64,000 nt of DNA from Eledone cirrhosa (GCA_964016885.1 OZ024740.1:170934001-170998000), one strand, 5' to 3'; shown: positions 15,889 through 31,019, counted from the stretch's first letter. Made by a program: numbers and translations. The notes: generated by a model not told the origin, from the sequence alone.

Positions 15889-16620
15889 TTCTTCTGGTTT
15901 TATAATTTCACAAAGTTTTACCAATAGAGAGAGAGTCGGTTTCTAACATAGACACAAGACTCTTTCATTGGAATTTACACAACATCAACTAGGTAGATAT
16001 GTATGTATGCATGTGTAGATATGGATGTTATTGTATGTGTGGATGTGGATGTTTTGAGTTGTATGTGTACATGTGTATATGCAGTTATTAGATGCAACAT
16101 TTTTGGAATGTTTTACATATTTTTAATGTTCCATTAATGGATTGTATTTGTAGTTTCCTAACTAGTTGTGTTCTTTCTGTTCCTGTGAAGCCTAGCTTCT
16201 CAAGATTTGTATTGAGGCAGTTACTAACATATCCCAGTGCCCCAATAATCATAGGCATAAATCTGAAGGTGTAATCAGGGTGGAGTATCTGCAGATTTCT
16301 CATCAGTTCTGCATAAATATTCTCCTTTTCACTAATCTTTGATATTATATTGGCATCTGTTGGGCAGCTAATTTCCACTACTGTGCATGTTTTCTTCTCC
16401 CTGTCCCATATCATAATATCTGGTCTGTTATGCCTGCATTTTATTGGGGTTTTTACTGGAACATTCCACCAGTACTCTTTCATATTATGTACATGGATGT
16501 CTTCCACATTGCTGTAGTTTTTAATGTGTTTATTATCGGGGCTATCTTTTTTACGAACTGCATTGTACTGTGTTTTGGCCACTACATCATGCCTCATAAG
16601 GTAGATAGTACTGCGATGAC
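15889..16620 (-). mobile_element. Third R4-clade RLE retrotransposon 3' fragment, embedded in (TATG)n
   Basis: ORF 16088-16597 has RHD, HNRPDI, VEISCP, KENIY and MIIGALG. A putative 3' UTR extends to ~15889. Confidence 0.85.
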
Positions 16621-16651
<31 letters not shown>

Positions 16652-17089
16652 TGTATGTATGTATGTATGTATGTATGCATGTATGCATATATGTATGTAT
16701 ATATGTATGTATATATATGTATGTATGACCGTGCCTTTATTATATATAGGTTTCTATATATGCCTCAATATATGTATGGATGCATGTATGATCGTATGAT
16801 AAATATATGCGCATTTGTATGTGTGTATGTATGTCTGCAATATTTGCATGTATGTAAAAATGAATGGATGTAATTACTTACATCTGCATGTATGTATTTA
16901 TACATGTATGTATTTATACATGTATGTATTTATACATGTATGTATTTAGGAATGCTTATATGTATGTATGCATATATACATACACACAGACTAACACGCA
17001 CCCCACCCCTTCCACACACACAAACGCACATATATTTTTTTTTCTCTAATACTTAGACATATCAACAAATGGATACTATATATATATTT

Positions 17090-17536
<447 letters not shown>

Positions 17537-17596
17537 GGAAAAAATGAAACGAAATTTTAATTTCCCACTCTTAGTACGGCTGTACATACTTATATT

Positions 17597-17662
<66 letters not shown>

Positions 17663-17821
17663 TACTTTTTCTATTGTACATTCTAACTATATATATTTAA
17701 AGAATATTTGTTTACTCTGTCAGAATCAACAATTGTTACATTAAGTGTCACATCTCACCGGTTGTCTTTGGTCATAAAATATTAGAACAACCTTTTTTTA
17801 ATATTTGATAAGATTAATATA

Positions 17822-17990
17822 AGGCGGCGGATTTACAATTGGTTAGAACTTTGGATAGAATAATTTGTGGTATTCATTTCGACCCTCTGAACTCACTCGC
17901 TGCCTGAGTTCAAATCACACCGAGGTCAACTTTGCCTTTGATCCTTTTGTGGTCGATAAAAAATTGTACCAGTCTAGTACTGTGGTCGAT
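17822..17990 (+). mobile_element. Nin-type SINE (head + core)
   Basis: aggcggcgg...gagttcaaat...aactttgcctttgatcc. Confidence 0.7.
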
Positions 17991-18382
17991 TCTTCTTCTA
18001 TATTTCTTTCCCACTTTCTTTCTCTCACTCTCTCTATCCTTCTCTGGAAGATATCTGCTGTATTCAGACCTGGAGAGGAGATGGGCTCCACCAGGTTTAA
18101 AAATGCCCTAGAAAAGCTGTATGTCAATATGGCGCCCCTACGACTCCTTCAGGAGTTGCAGTATCTTGCCATGCCATGCCAACAATGATATATCAATCGA
18201 AAGAGATAATATTTGACAAAAAAATTTAAATCCACTTAATGTAACAATTATAAAATTATTCCTTCTGTCGGATTAAAGAAAATAATAATTTGTGACTATT
18301 ATAGGTAAAAAGTAAAAGTGAATACACTTTTACTTTTTACCTATAACCTTTTGATTTGTATGGACCTTTACCCCCTTTTTCC

Positions 18383-18453
<71 letters not shown>

Positions 18454-18458
<5 letters not shown>

Positions 18459-18776
18459 TGAAATCGAAAATGCAACTTTAGTCTTAGTTTAAAAATAAAT
18501 ATATATATTTATTTGGTTCCTTTACCGGTTTCGCGATTGAGATGGAGGGTGTGTGGTTTTTCTCACAGATGTGAGAAAAACCACAGACCCTCCATCTCAA
18601 TTCTACTTTTGAAAAGCAGAAGAACTGCGAAACCAGTAAAGGAACCAAATAAATATATATTTTTTTTAAAAATAAGACTCCAGTTGCATTTTCGATTTCA
18701 TCTTTTTTTCTTTATACTTTCACTCGTGTAGGACACCTCGGTTATGTTTCATTTTGTAAAAAAACCTCACTTTCTT
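18454..18776. mobile_element. Palindromic mini-PLE family D with U3-A8 hammerhead variant
   Basis: Inverted arms 18454-~18565 / ~18570-18705. Motif ctt-TTGAAAA-gcag aagaa ctgc-GAAAC-CA-GTA-aag at 18606-18641; the left arm has the palindromic CG loop. Confidence 0.75.
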
Positions 18777-18779
18777 ATA

Positions 18780-18892
<113 letters not shown>

Positions 18893-18928
18893 TTCCATAT
18901 ATATATACACATATATGTATATATATAT

Positions 18929-18981
<53 letters not shown>

Positions 18982-18984
18982 ATA

Positions 18985-19438
18985 AAATAATAATAATGAA
19001 ATTATTGTGTACAGTGCTCAGGTGCACTACAACTCGTCAAAGGTGCATGTATAGTACATAGAATGATATACAAATGTCAGGGAAGTGAATAGTGTATGAG
19101 TCATGATATACATGTGTGTATGTGTATGGAGGGGGAACATTAGGTGTAGTGGGAAGCATGGAGGTTTTAAAGGATTCAGTGTCCCAACAGCTAACAACTG
19201 ATGCAGGTAGTTTGTTCCAAGCTTCAGCAACTCTGAGTGTGAAAAAATGTTTCTGAAAGTCATGGGAACTGTGCTGTTTTCTGACTTTGTGGGCATGCCC
19301 ACGTGTGTTAGACACATGGAAATCAAAAAGGTACTCAGGGTTGTTGTTGGCAAGATGGTTAACAATTTTGTTGGTGTTTACCAAGTCAGTTGTCAGGCGT
19401 CGGAGCTTCAATGTATCTATGCCCAGGGAAGCAAGGCG
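18985..19438 (-). mobile_element. CR1-like LINE 3' fragment
   Basis: LRRLTTDL...NTRGH..K...FFTLRVAEAWNKLPASVV, a typical CR1/L2 C-terminus, followed by a 3' UTR. Confidence 0.82.
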
Positions 19439-19605
19439 TTATGTATATATATATATATGTATATATATAAATATATACATGCACATACAAGCATACATAC
19501 ACACATACATACATACATACATACATACATACATACATACATTCATACATGCATACATACATACATACATACATACATACATACATACATACATACATAC
19601 ATACA

Positions 19606-19636
<31 letters not shown>

Positions 19637-20039
19637 TTGTCTCCGTCTAGTCTTTATATATGACTTTTCATATTTTGTTTACAAATATTTAGAAATCTAT
19701 TATTTTCTTCAATTTTTAATTACATCAACGTGGCAGCTTCTGTATCGTTGATCTACGTGCTAGAAATAGCAACGGTATATCCTTCACATCATATACCTCC
19801 GTTTTATAAAAAAAAGTATTTCTAGCTTTTGACACTTTATAATTATTATTGGTTTTCTCATAAACGATGTGAAATTTTAGATCTTGCTAAATGTTTCTGG
19901 CCCAGACCACCTAAAATCTTCCATGTTATGGGTTCCAGTCTTCCTCCATCTCTTGGATTGCTGATTTCCGGTCACATCACACTTTCACTGTTTTCCATTC
20001 CACACTTTTAATCTTATACATCAATGTGTTTGTATATGA

Positions 20040-20345
20040 GTGGAACATGGTGACGAACAGACAGGATTTGAAATGTGGCGAATATTTTTCATCTCAGATA
20101 CCTTACAAATATTTTGAAGATCACTTGGAGTGACCACATCACAAATTATAGAAATGTGTGAAGAGCTGGCCTAAGTAGACTACAAGATATCATCAGATGT
20201 AGACGAAGGAAGCTATTTGGTCATGTGTTGCATCCACCATTGGAGAGTCCAGCAGAGACAGTCATAGAGTGGACAGTTGTAGGAGGAAGGAGAAAAAGAG
20301 GAATGCTGGTGAAAAACATGACAAAAACTATACGGGAAGTCTTGA
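20040..20345 (+). mobile_element. Degenerate RTE-like 3' fragment
   Basis: LQDIIRCRRRKLFGHV...GGRRKRG. Confidence 0.5.
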
Positions 20346-20434
20346 CTGAGATAAGTGTGCGGTTTGACTCAAAATGGTACAGCCCGGAGACCTCTCATTG
20401 CTCTTGAGTGGTGGGAGATAATATAAGGATTTCT

Positions 20435-20648
20435 GAATTTAGCACAAGGCCAGCAATTTTGGGGGAGGGCAAAGTCGATTAAATCGACCTCAGTGTATTA
20501 CTGGTGCTTTATTTTATCGACCCCGTGAAGATGAAAGGCAAAGCTAACCTAGGCGGGATTTGAACTCAGAACGTAAAGGGCCGTAACTCTCTGCCACAAA
20601 GCTGGGTGTCCGACACTCTACCGATACTGCCAATCCACCACCCTAGAA
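20435..20648 (-). mobile_element. tRNA-derived SINE with Nin/Deu-like core
   Basis: Box B gagttcaaatcc, core gcctttcatcttcacggggtcgataaaat, tail aattgctggccttgtgc. Further copies at 5280, 17820, 21315, 30240, 33125, 52540, 53930 and 61495. Confidence 0.8.
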
Positions 20649-20739
20649 GGAAATAATATAATAGAAAATAATATCATCAACGAAGTACCTACGCCACCCC
20701 AAGTAATGGTAAATCCCGTATCCTTTCGTTCCTCCTTAA

Positions 20740-21260
20740 CGTACATACAGGCATCATCTGCATTCAATCTAGAATCCTCACACAAAACCGACACTGGCTT
20801 CATGAACAGAAATCTCAAAAACATCTTATTTTTCCATGCAAATCTTGTTGACTTTAACAGTGTAAAGACACGATCACTGCACTTATCAAGAGAACACTAT
20901 CACCTAATCTACACACAAAATAATACAAGAACAGCAAGGCAACTTGAACCCTCCTGGTCATTACAGATGCTAAACCTTATTATTGCAGATGACCTTTCCT
21001 GACAAACACACGTCCTTAACTTAGCAAAGACTGCATCATAAAGGCTGTCTTTGCAATTCGGAAAAAGAAAACATTTTATCCCCTAGTATAAACTAACCCT
21101 CTAAAAATGTCCACAGTGGAATACTACTCCCATATCTGGGACTGTGTTCTGTTACACCCACACATAATTCAGTGACCGCATCTCCAAGAAGACCATCAGA
21201 CTGATTGCCATAAAATTGCTTATTAACACAGCCAAACTCTGGTCCAAAAATGTGTTGACT
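20740..21260 (+). mobile_element. Highly degenerate L2/CR1-like RT fragment
   Basis: VDFNSVKT, DDLS*QTHV and VEYYSHIWD remnants. Confidence 0.45.
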
Positions 21261-21314
21261 TCTCTCTCTATTTTTTATGCCGCATCTACCACGACTTTAC
21301 ACTGAAATAATTGT

Positions 21315-21485
21315 TTCTACAATTGGCACAAGGCTAGCAATTATCCCAGTGTATTACTGGTACTTTATTTTATCGACCCCGTAAGGATGAAAGGCAAAGT
21401 TAACCTTGGCGGGATTTGAAATCAGAATAGCAAGGGCCGTAACTCTATGTGTCAAAGCATGGCGCCCGACCCTCTACCGATACTG
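21315..21485 (-). mobile_element. Nin-type SINE
   Basis: Matches the 20435 copy. Confidence 0.75.
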
Positions 21486-22566
21486 ATATTTGTTGTATAG
21501 TTAGATCGTTGTCTTCTATACAAGGAAAGGTTGAAAATAAATGGCTATGGAAAGGTTGAAAATGAGTGGATAACAAATGAAACAAATGTTTTATGAAACC
21601 AGAAGACCTACAGGCTCAAGCTTATTCATTTTCCTAAATCTTTCACCCTACAGAATAATTTGTCGTTACTTTCTCAAAGAAAGTAAAGCCATACAAACTA
21701 ATATGTTTTGAACATGAACATGAATGTTTATATGCAAATAGGCATATGTACATGTGTCTGTATTTATATATTTTTGTCTGTGTTTGTCTGTATTTACATG
21801 TGTGTGCGTGCGTTTGTGTGTATGTGTGTCAGTGCATGCAACGTGTGTGTGTGCGCGCGCGCATGCATTGTGTGTGTAAACAAATAGTGGGAGTGAAAAT
21901 GTGAAGCACTCAACATAAAGTATATGCACACAAATAGATCCTCGCCCTCCGAATATAGTGAAATAGAAAATATTTCAATGATCTTAAACTATCCTCGCAG
22001 TTTCATGATTGAAACCACCTTTATGGGTGTTCAGGTAATTAAAAGGGAGATATGATTTCTATAGTCTGAGCTAGTTCATGTCTTTTGAAGCAATTCAAAA
22101 TAATTCAGCAGGAGTTGTCCTACACTTTAAATCAAATTATGACATAGCCTTTCACATATAAAGGCCATCTGAACGATTAAACAGGTATTTTGCGTGCCTA
22201 TGAAATGCCGAGTAATAAACACTTATGTCAACAACTGCTTACCTATTTGTATACTACTGAAAACACAGTCTCACAATCACAAGCCTAGCAACCTAAATGT
22301 AACTACCGAAATCATGTAAACTGTCAGTTTCTAAAGCTGGCATTTAGATCGGTTTTGTATAAATTATGTATTGCTGACTCTGCCTGTCTGAGAAATTGCA
22401 CATACTTATCGGTGTCGTATGATATCGCAACTGAAAAATGTTTACTCAGACAAAAACACACATATATGTATGTGTGTATGTATATGTGTATGTATGTATG
22501 TATGTATGTATGTATGTATGTATGTATGTATGTATGTATGTATGTATGTATGTATGTATGTATGTA

Positions 22567-22980
22567 TTGCTGGGAGAGATGACCGTTTAGCCTTTGTCAA
22601 GGCAGAATTCTAGGAGAAGGAAAACTCTGATATAACACCTGCAACCCTGATGGTATCCAATGATGTTGACTTGTTCTTCTTTTTGGTAAATATCATCTTG
22701 GTTAAGAGAGTGGGACTGGCTTTGTGCAGTGCCTTTGCTCACTATAAAAGCTTCACGGCACAGGCATTGCTTTATATCTGGAGATCTCTCTGCACTTGGC
22801 GTCACATGGTACCATGGGCCCAGCACTATGTGTCAATAATTGTCACAAGTGTAGTGTTTGTACCAGAGTTTTCAAGTTGCTGGCTAGACTAAAATGTCAC
22901 ACTCGTTCAGCGCATCGGTAGAGGTTCTCCTACATGGATATAAAGTAGTGGCCGTACTCGAAAACGAGTTGGCAACCACA
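22567..22980 (+). mobile_element. 5'-truncated copy of the same RTE-derived element
   Basis: Reverse complement of 9749-10170; (TATG)n on both sides. Confidence 0.75.
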
Positions 22981-23089
22981 ATGTATCTATGTATGTATGT
23001 ATGTATGTATTCATGGATGTATTTATGTATGTATATGTGTGTGTCTATGCCTGTGTGCGTGTATATATATATAATTATATATATATATT

Positions 23090-23201
<112 letters not shown>

Positions 23202-24547
23202 TATATATATATATGTATGTATACACATACACACACATATATATATATATATATATCTTTATATAAATAAATATGTGCGTATCTCTGTGAGTGTGTGTAT
23301 CTGTGTCTGTGTATGTGTGTATGTAGGACGAACTTCTGCACATCTGTTGTATCAGCATACACAAGTATTTCACTACATCATTAGACGTCTATGGTCGCCT
23401 TGCCGTAAACATAGTTATTACTCAAGTCTATACCTACCAGCTCCCCTTTCTATTACGTACTAAAAGTGCTTCTTCAGCTTTCCATAATAATCATCCAAGT
23501 CCAATAAGTCAGTTAGAAAATAATTGAGTTGGTATATATGTATCTTTGATTAAATATACAATTGTTTTGATGTTATTCTCAAACTGAGTTATTTTTCCAC
23601 CCATAATTATGCTTAATTTTATAAGTTAACAATGTGAATTCTACGAATTACTATAGTTATGAATTCAACCGTTTCAACTTTCACATTTACATCAACATTT
23701 CTCGAAATCTATTTGTTTACATACGATTTATTTTTTCTTATAAAATTGCATTATTTTTATTGTGATAAATAACGTTAGTAATTGATAATAATTCTAATTG
23801 ATATCAATTCTTTTTTGCGTGTGTGTGGGGGGAGGGGGCAAATTCAGTAGCCATCTTTAAAGACATATTACACTTGCGAGTCAATTGGGAGGATAGCAGT
23901 AAGTAGCCGTTCGTTCGGTTAGAAATATCCGCCAAAGCACACTCGACCCCTTCATGGAACTTGCCTCCACTTCGACTTCTTGTATGTGCAAAAACTTAAA
24001 AGAAAAAACTGAATAAGTAAACTGAATATAAAGTAAACAAACAATAAAGACTAATTATATATAAATCAGAAACCTGTAAAGTGTTTTATTGTATAGTTTT
24101 ACGTGCTTTCGTTTCTTATATAAATGCAAGGTTCGAGCCTAAAGGTTTAATCAGACCCCTGGGTAATTCCATCGATCTCTGGAGGTTGATATCGACCAAT
24201 TTGGGCCCAGTGTCCTACAGTTTTAAAAAATATCCATATGCCTTTGATTATAAATCTGTTAGATTAGAACTGACCTTAGTTAATCAAACGTTGGGGTTAG
24301 TTAGGGTCAAAAAGATGTATAATCACTCAAGCTTATAGTTCCAATACAATAATTAAAATACACTTCCCATTTTTTTTTTTTTTTTGTGTCTCGGATATAA
24401 ATTACTTTCCAATAAAAAGTAATTTAAACTTGTATTTCGGTGAATGTTTATATTATACTAACTGATTCTTATAATCTGTTATACCTTGTACACCTTCCAC
24501 CTATTATGGTATACTGATAATCTCACCACACACACATACAAACACAT

Positions 24548-24550
<3 letters not shown>

Positions 24551-24633
<83 letters not shown>

Positions 24634-24654
24634 TCTCTCTCTCTCTCTCTCCCC

Positions 24655-24731
<77 letters not shown>
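24551..24731. repeat. (CT)n microsatellite
   Basis: Direct reading. Confidence 0.95.
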
Positions 24732-24734
<3 letters not shown>

Positions 24735-24749
24735 ATATATATGTATATA

Positions 24750-24787
<38 letters not shown>

Positions 24788-24791
<4 letters not shown>

Positions 24792-25060
24792 GAAGGAAGT
24801 GTGGTGAGGAATCAGTTGGGCCATAACGCACCAGAGTACTCAATACTTAGGGTAGTAGAGTGGGTAATAGGAAAAGAGTCAGGATCCCGACGGCTGAGCT
24901 CCGGCCGTTTCAGCAGCTAGATCCGATCTAGCTGTCGAAACGGCCAGAGCTCAGCCGTCGGGGTCCTGGCTAATTTCCTATTACCCACTCTACTACCCTA
25001 AGTATTGAGTGCGCCGGTGCGTTATAGTCCACCTGGTATCTTACCACACCCTCTTTGTTA
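24788..25060. mobile_element. Mini-PLE family C, full two-arm palindrome
   Basis: ~135-bp imperfect inverted arms centred on ctagatccgatctag; (TA)n on both sides. Confidence 0.82.
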
Positions 25061-25062
25061 TA

Positions 25063-25099
<37 letters not shown>

Positions 25100-25199
25100 A
25101 CTACAGAAAATAAGCTAATAATAAGAGACCGTATAAGCCCTTAGAATGGAAAGAAAATGAGCATCAGCATGCGTGGAAGTCAGTCAGTCAGGTATAATA

Positions 25200-25645
25200 A
25201 ACACTATTATTATTTTTTTTTTTCATATTTTTTATCTCATATCCACTATATTATACAAACAAATGTTATACAATGATGCAAATATTAAGAAAATATAAAA
25301 ACAAAATTAAGTAACGAAAAAAGGAGGAAGTGGTAAAGAATGGCAGATCCTGCTGTATGGGAAAGTAAAGGTAAAGACCATATATGCTATAAATGAGAAG
25401 AAAAGAAGGAAAGAGAAAAGACTACATGGGAAGAGGAGAGGGTGACATACTCTATACCTAGGTCGGTGTAGTGTTTCGACTGCGCCCCGCAAACAAAACG
25501 GCAAAGGCAGTTTCGCGGACAATGGCCAACGACACCCGATGCAACAACTGCCCAGCCTCGCGGGGCTCCTTCCTCATACGAACCACTGACGTTCCGATGT
25601 TACGGAGGAGTTCGGCTGTACGGGGTCCGAGGATGGCTGGACTAT
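25200..25645 (-). mobile_element. CRE-like RLE retrotransposon 3' fragment
   Basis: LGPRTAELLRNIG...EPREAGQLLHRVSLAIVRETA resembles the QRxSxAIxRGNA C-terminus; pyrimidine-rich 3' UTR. Confidence 0.6.
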
Positions 25646-25722
25646 TTTCTGCAGTCAAAAATACGGCGAAGATAATGACTAATTCATTTCAATTTCCAAA
25701 TTACGCCACTGTCTTTTTATTA

Positions 25723-25809
<87 letters not shown>

Positions 25810-25816
<7 letters not shown>

Positions 25817-26090
25817 TAACAGATTAATGTTTAAGCAAAGAATAGCTGCTTTCACCCTTAACGGATCTTCCTGTCTTCCTCCGGTTGCAACGTATTTTGA
25901 AATATTTACTTCTGCGTTCACAGATTGACTTTGTTAGTTTCAGAAGATCCCGTTAAGGGTGAAAGCAGCGATTCTTTGCTTAAACTTTAATCTGTTATTT
26001 TAATAAATATTTGCTCTACGGTTCATATATATTTGATATATATTTATCCTTAACGAGCCCTCTTTGGATTTTAGTCTTCAAATTTATTAT
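25810..26090. mobile_element. Palindromic mini-PLE family L with decayed hammerhead
   Basis: Arms 25810-25870 / 25943-26003, containing CAGAAGA-t ccc gttaa ggg t-GAAAGCAGC. The same terminus recurs at ~1993-2035 (+) and ~3510-3550 (-). Confidence 0.72.
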
Positions 26091-28869
26091 TATTACTATA
26101 TATATATATATATATATGTGGGGGGGGGGTATGTGTGTGTGTGGGTGTGTGTGGGAGGGGGGTCTGTGTGTGTGTGGGTGTGTGTGTGGGTGTATTCAAA
26201 CATACACACATAGATAGATAAATATGAATTATATCTATAGCACTAAGAATTTGGGAATCATAATATCTAATAATAACTCTTTCTTGATATACACCAACCA
26301 ACTAACTGGCATTCACGTAATATAAACTATCATGTTAGTTCCTTAGAGCATTCACCATCAGAGATATCAACAGTAATGTTGAACGTTTGGTAAACATTGG
26401 TTCTGAGACGAATAAGCTGCTTCTCAAACTACGGCTCCTCAATATTTAATACAAAATCTACAAAATATAATAAAAACAATGTAACATAAGTTACGAGTAT
26501 ATTATCTAAATTATTTTGAACGACTCCTAGCTTGAATCTCTTCTTCCTATAACACTGAAGAGAACTCTAAACCACTGCTTATATTTGAAAGATAAACTGG
26601 TAAATCCTCCATCAATTTTGAACATTTAATTGGAGGATCAACTGAACATTCAATTCGTGTATTGATCGTAACGTGATTGAATATTCTACAAATCAGCGTG
26701 ACACAATACCTAATATGGTTGAACTTTTGAATTCTATATGCAATCCATCCAACGGGCTTCCGCAGGTTCTGCCTACCCAATTTCATCCATATGTCTTCGC
26801 TAGACTTGAGGTTATGGGTAAACCACTTGTCCCAGATGTCAAGCGATTGGATCAAACCCAGGACTTCATATAGCGAAACGAGCTTTTTAACCACTCTGCC
26901 ATGCCTGCGTTATGGAGGATACAATACTAAATTTCTGTATAAACATCAGATAAATTACTAAGTGAAATCATATTAACTTTGAAAGCTTACAACGTCCGAC
27001 AATCGAATGAAAACGTGTTATTACAATAGTCTTGCTTTAAAATATCCTAACTAAATTCATTATATAGAAAACAAAAATTAGCTGATAGTACTTGTTGAAT
27101 ATTATTAAACGCCACTAAGCTAAATGTTTCTTACACAATTTCAACGAATCAAGTTATATTTTAATCAATATGGAGTGTTCTCTAGGAAATCTCTTATACA
27201 TTAAGTATAAACACAAAGTTAAAATTCAGAAATACAATCAAAGTACTGAACAAAATAAGAGGATGTACATGATTATACTCCAGCATGAGCAATACGTCCA
27301 ATAGAAGGAACCAACTGAGGCCAACAAATTTTAATTTATATATATTTTCATTTCCGGACCTTAATCTGTTTTTCAAATTGGACACAGAAAGCTCCCAGGC
27401 AAAAATCTTATCAGAATTGTCATCATGTGTTTTATAGATCATTACAGCATATTCATATATTCCTGAAAACGGAACATGAATTTTTACGTTACAGGAAATA
27501 AGATTTCCTTATTTATACATGACCTATATTAATGTAGTTACTTTAAATATCGAAAGAAATGTACGAGGGGGAAAAAGCAGCATTGAACTGAAGGCAATAC
27601 TTATAAATTGATATTGGAAGATTCCACTATAAACTATTATTATAGTACTGAAATCTAAAATAGAAATAGCTGTTTCAATACCAGTTTACTTGGACCATTT
27701 GCATTGCTCTTGTGTACTATAACGTATATGTAAAAACTATTAAAATACTATAAATATTCTATAGGTCACTCGGTAGAGCAACATTCAAAATTGTAGAAAA
27801 TACTGATAGTTATAGAACAATAGATCCTGAAATGCAGTCGTACTACGCAACAAATTTAATTGATGCATTTAGGTAAACAAATGGCCTAGATCTGTAAACA
27901 CCTCCAAATAATTTAATTTGTTCAGAATCAACTCTCAATGGGATTGCCAATCAGCTGCAAATAAAAGTACTTTAGACCAACGTATACAACACGAACACTG
28001 TAATACTTATGAGTCTCTTGTTCCCTTGTCGTGATGGTTTTGAATTGTTCTAAAAATGTGAATTTATCATAGTTATAATATCAATAGCTGTGCCATGATT
28101 TTTCTTGTTTTAGTTGTTGTTTTTATGGTTTTTGTAACTCCAAGATATTCCCATTAGCTTATCAATAAAACTAATAGATTATCTTTGAAATTGTTTCAAA
28201 TTCATACACTATGGCCTAACGAGTAAACTTCTCGAGCCAACAAGCGAAGATTTATATCATCATTCGACCTGCTAGAAAAAACAGCTAAATCTTCTTTCAA
28301 TCGTATCCTAATGTCTTAAGTAATGAGAAATACATTGGATATTGTACTCCAGAATACTCCAAAAGAAACTATTTTTACCCTTGCAACATCTTTTATCATA
28401 GTTCTGATCGATGAAGGCTTACTTAGTGTATCTAGCTGTCGGTAGATACACACTATTAAAACGAAGTGAAAATCCCCATAGCTATAGTCATAATATCTGT
28501 ATATATTTACCAATAAGCAAACAGAATATACAGTGTGTATACTATATACAAGATTTCGTAGCAAATAAAGACTGCATTGGATTTTGCCTGTATGGAACCT
28601 CTACTCTGAAATCTGGCAATAGTCGACTGGTAATGATTTATTCATCGCTGAAATCTCAACTGTTGACTGTGACAAATCAAGCTGCAGTCTGTTGGCTGCC
28701 CAGCTCTATTGATTGAAAAACATTGTCATTATTTTCACCCAACCGATCAATGTTTGTTATCTAATTTCCAACGATGAATCCTAGAAAATGCATCATCTGA
28801 AATCTCTCCTTTGTACAAATTTCTTAAACAGCATTGAGAAATACCAAACACTCTCGTACACACGCACAT

Positions 28870-28921
<52 letters not shown>

Positions 28922-28957
28922 GTGTGTGTGTGTGTTTGTGTATGTATATATGTGTAT

Positions 28958-29107
28958 GTAAAAGGTAAACAGAAATAACAACACAATCGGTACAGTATAT
29001 AGAAGGGATATATTAGGTTAACGCTTGATATAGCAGGAAGTGGGTATTAACGTTTCGGACGCTAGTCCTTCATCAGAAGAAAGAATGAGAAATAAGATAG
29101 ATTGAGG
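28958..29107 (-). mobile_element. PLE terminus family H with hammerhead-like core
   Basis: Sense CUGAUGA-a-ggac uagc gucc-GAAACGUUA; same family as 12197. Confidence 0.65.
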
Positions 29108-29151
29108 ATATATATATATATACATACATACACAAACATACACACACACAC

Positions 29152-29184
<33 letters not shown>

Positions 29185-29192
29185 AACACACA

Positions 29193-29251
<59 letters not shown>

Positions 29252-29268
29252 TATATATATAGAGAGAG

Positions 29269-29301
<33 letters not shown>

Positions 29302-29313
29302 TATACCCTATAG

Positions 29314-29505
29314 CAGGCATGAATCCCTTTACAAGCACACCTGCGGTCTCCACAAAGGTTTTTACAGCGCGAGCATGTTTTATCTTCGTAATATAGAATT
29401 TAAAAAATTAGTTATAATATGCGCAATTAGTTGTCGTATGTGGCCCTCAGGCAACACATATGTGACCCATGTGGCCCTCGGAAGACCCTCAGTTTGACAT
29501 GTCTC
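29314..29505. mobile_element. hAT (Charlie-like) MITE
   Basis: Exact 8-bp TSD CCCTATAG at 29306-29313 and 29506-29513; degenerate TIR caggcatg / catgtctc; subterminal tggccctc repeats. Confidence 0.75.
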
Positions 29506-31019
29506 CCCTATAGTCAAGCTTAAACAGTTTTGATGGCGAACAATTCGGGGCATATCTACCTTTTGGTAATATTAACAATCTGCTTTCCTTAAGTATGGTG
29601 TACTAAGTTGAATAATGGTCTTACAGGCCTTAATTAGTAACATATTATTCATTTTTGTGTGTGCGTTTGTGTGCGCGCGCGCGTGTGTGTGTATGCGTGT
29701 GTGCGTGAAGAAAATTAGTGTTTGTAAGATGTGCCTATACATGGCCGTTAAAAGAAACAAAAAACTAGCATGAACTGAATGAATCGACTTTGCTCTCGCT
29801 ATGCCCACTGCTATTGTCTACAGATATGCAAGATCTCTTTGAATACTGCAACTCACACACTAAACTAATGCGTAATGTTTATTATGGTTCTCAGGCCAAC
29901 AGAGGTATGGAAAATTTGATTTACTGTATTTTCGAGGTGCAGATATCGAGATATTCAATGACCAAGCTATAGTCCATAGTTCTGGTCCGCAGAGCTTGTC
30001 GGGTACTACACAATAAAAAGAACTAACTAAAAGCTAAGAAAAATAAAATGGAAAGGAGCCGATCGACAGATCATACCAAAGAAATTATGTATCCATGCTA
30101 TTTGCCGGTCGAAACTCCTGGCAAGAAACGTTGCTTCTTTTCCAATGACAATAGATGGGATTTGAAAGAGCAAAAAGAGATACTACAAACAACTCGTCTA
30201 ACTCTTTAACAATTTCACCAACCTTCGACATCTGAACTGATATTTTATTTATCGGCTTTGAAACAATGAAAACCAAAGTTTACCTTGGTGGGATTTGAAC
30301 TCAAAACGCAGAGAACAGAACAAATACGAAGGTTCTAACGATTGTACCTATTCAGCGTCAAGCTACGTATAATGTGGTATAGTTTCAACGAGAAACTGAA
30401 AGGGATAAAACTACCAAATAGCGTTAAATCTGGTATATTTATGTCTCGTTCAACACCATCAGCGTAATGTTTTTTTATTGTTTTGTTTTTTTTGGTATTG
30501 TTGTTGTTTTTCTTTTGTTGGTTTGTATTTTTGTTTGTATTTTTTAGTTTGTTTTTTGTTTTTTTTTGTATAATATTTCACATCAAAAATTCATTAAAAG
30601 AACACAACTTCCTGACTTGTCACGTAAAGTTGATATAATTGAATGTCTTCGCTATATAGAAAAAATGAATGAAAAGTCTTAGATGATGACCAGCCAAAAT
30701 ATAATAGCTGTGTGGGTTACAGCTTGTTTCCAACTCGTCAACAAACGCAAATATTCGCTTTACTTACAGTTTAGGAATTATTGGAAATCGATATATATTG
30801 TACTTTCGGGAACAGGAAGATTATCGTCGACATATCTCAAGAAACATAAGACGGAAAACTATAGTTTATTTTTTCTCACAAGTGAATATAAACAGGAAGT
30901 GTGTACCGTCAGCATTCGTAGTATTCACTTACCAGTATATAATATATGCATATATGTATGTGTGTGCGAGTGTGTACGTGTGTGTGTGTGCATGCATATA
31001 TATATATATATATATATGC

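Noticed and set aside
22355-22456. Cys-rich peptide resembling a PAN/apple domain
   Set aside because: Short, no clear splice sites, runs into a microsatellite.
27194-27462. Possible minus-strand host exon (good acceptor ttttcag)
   Set aside because: Weak donor, no recognisable protein, no partner exons; needs RNA-seq.
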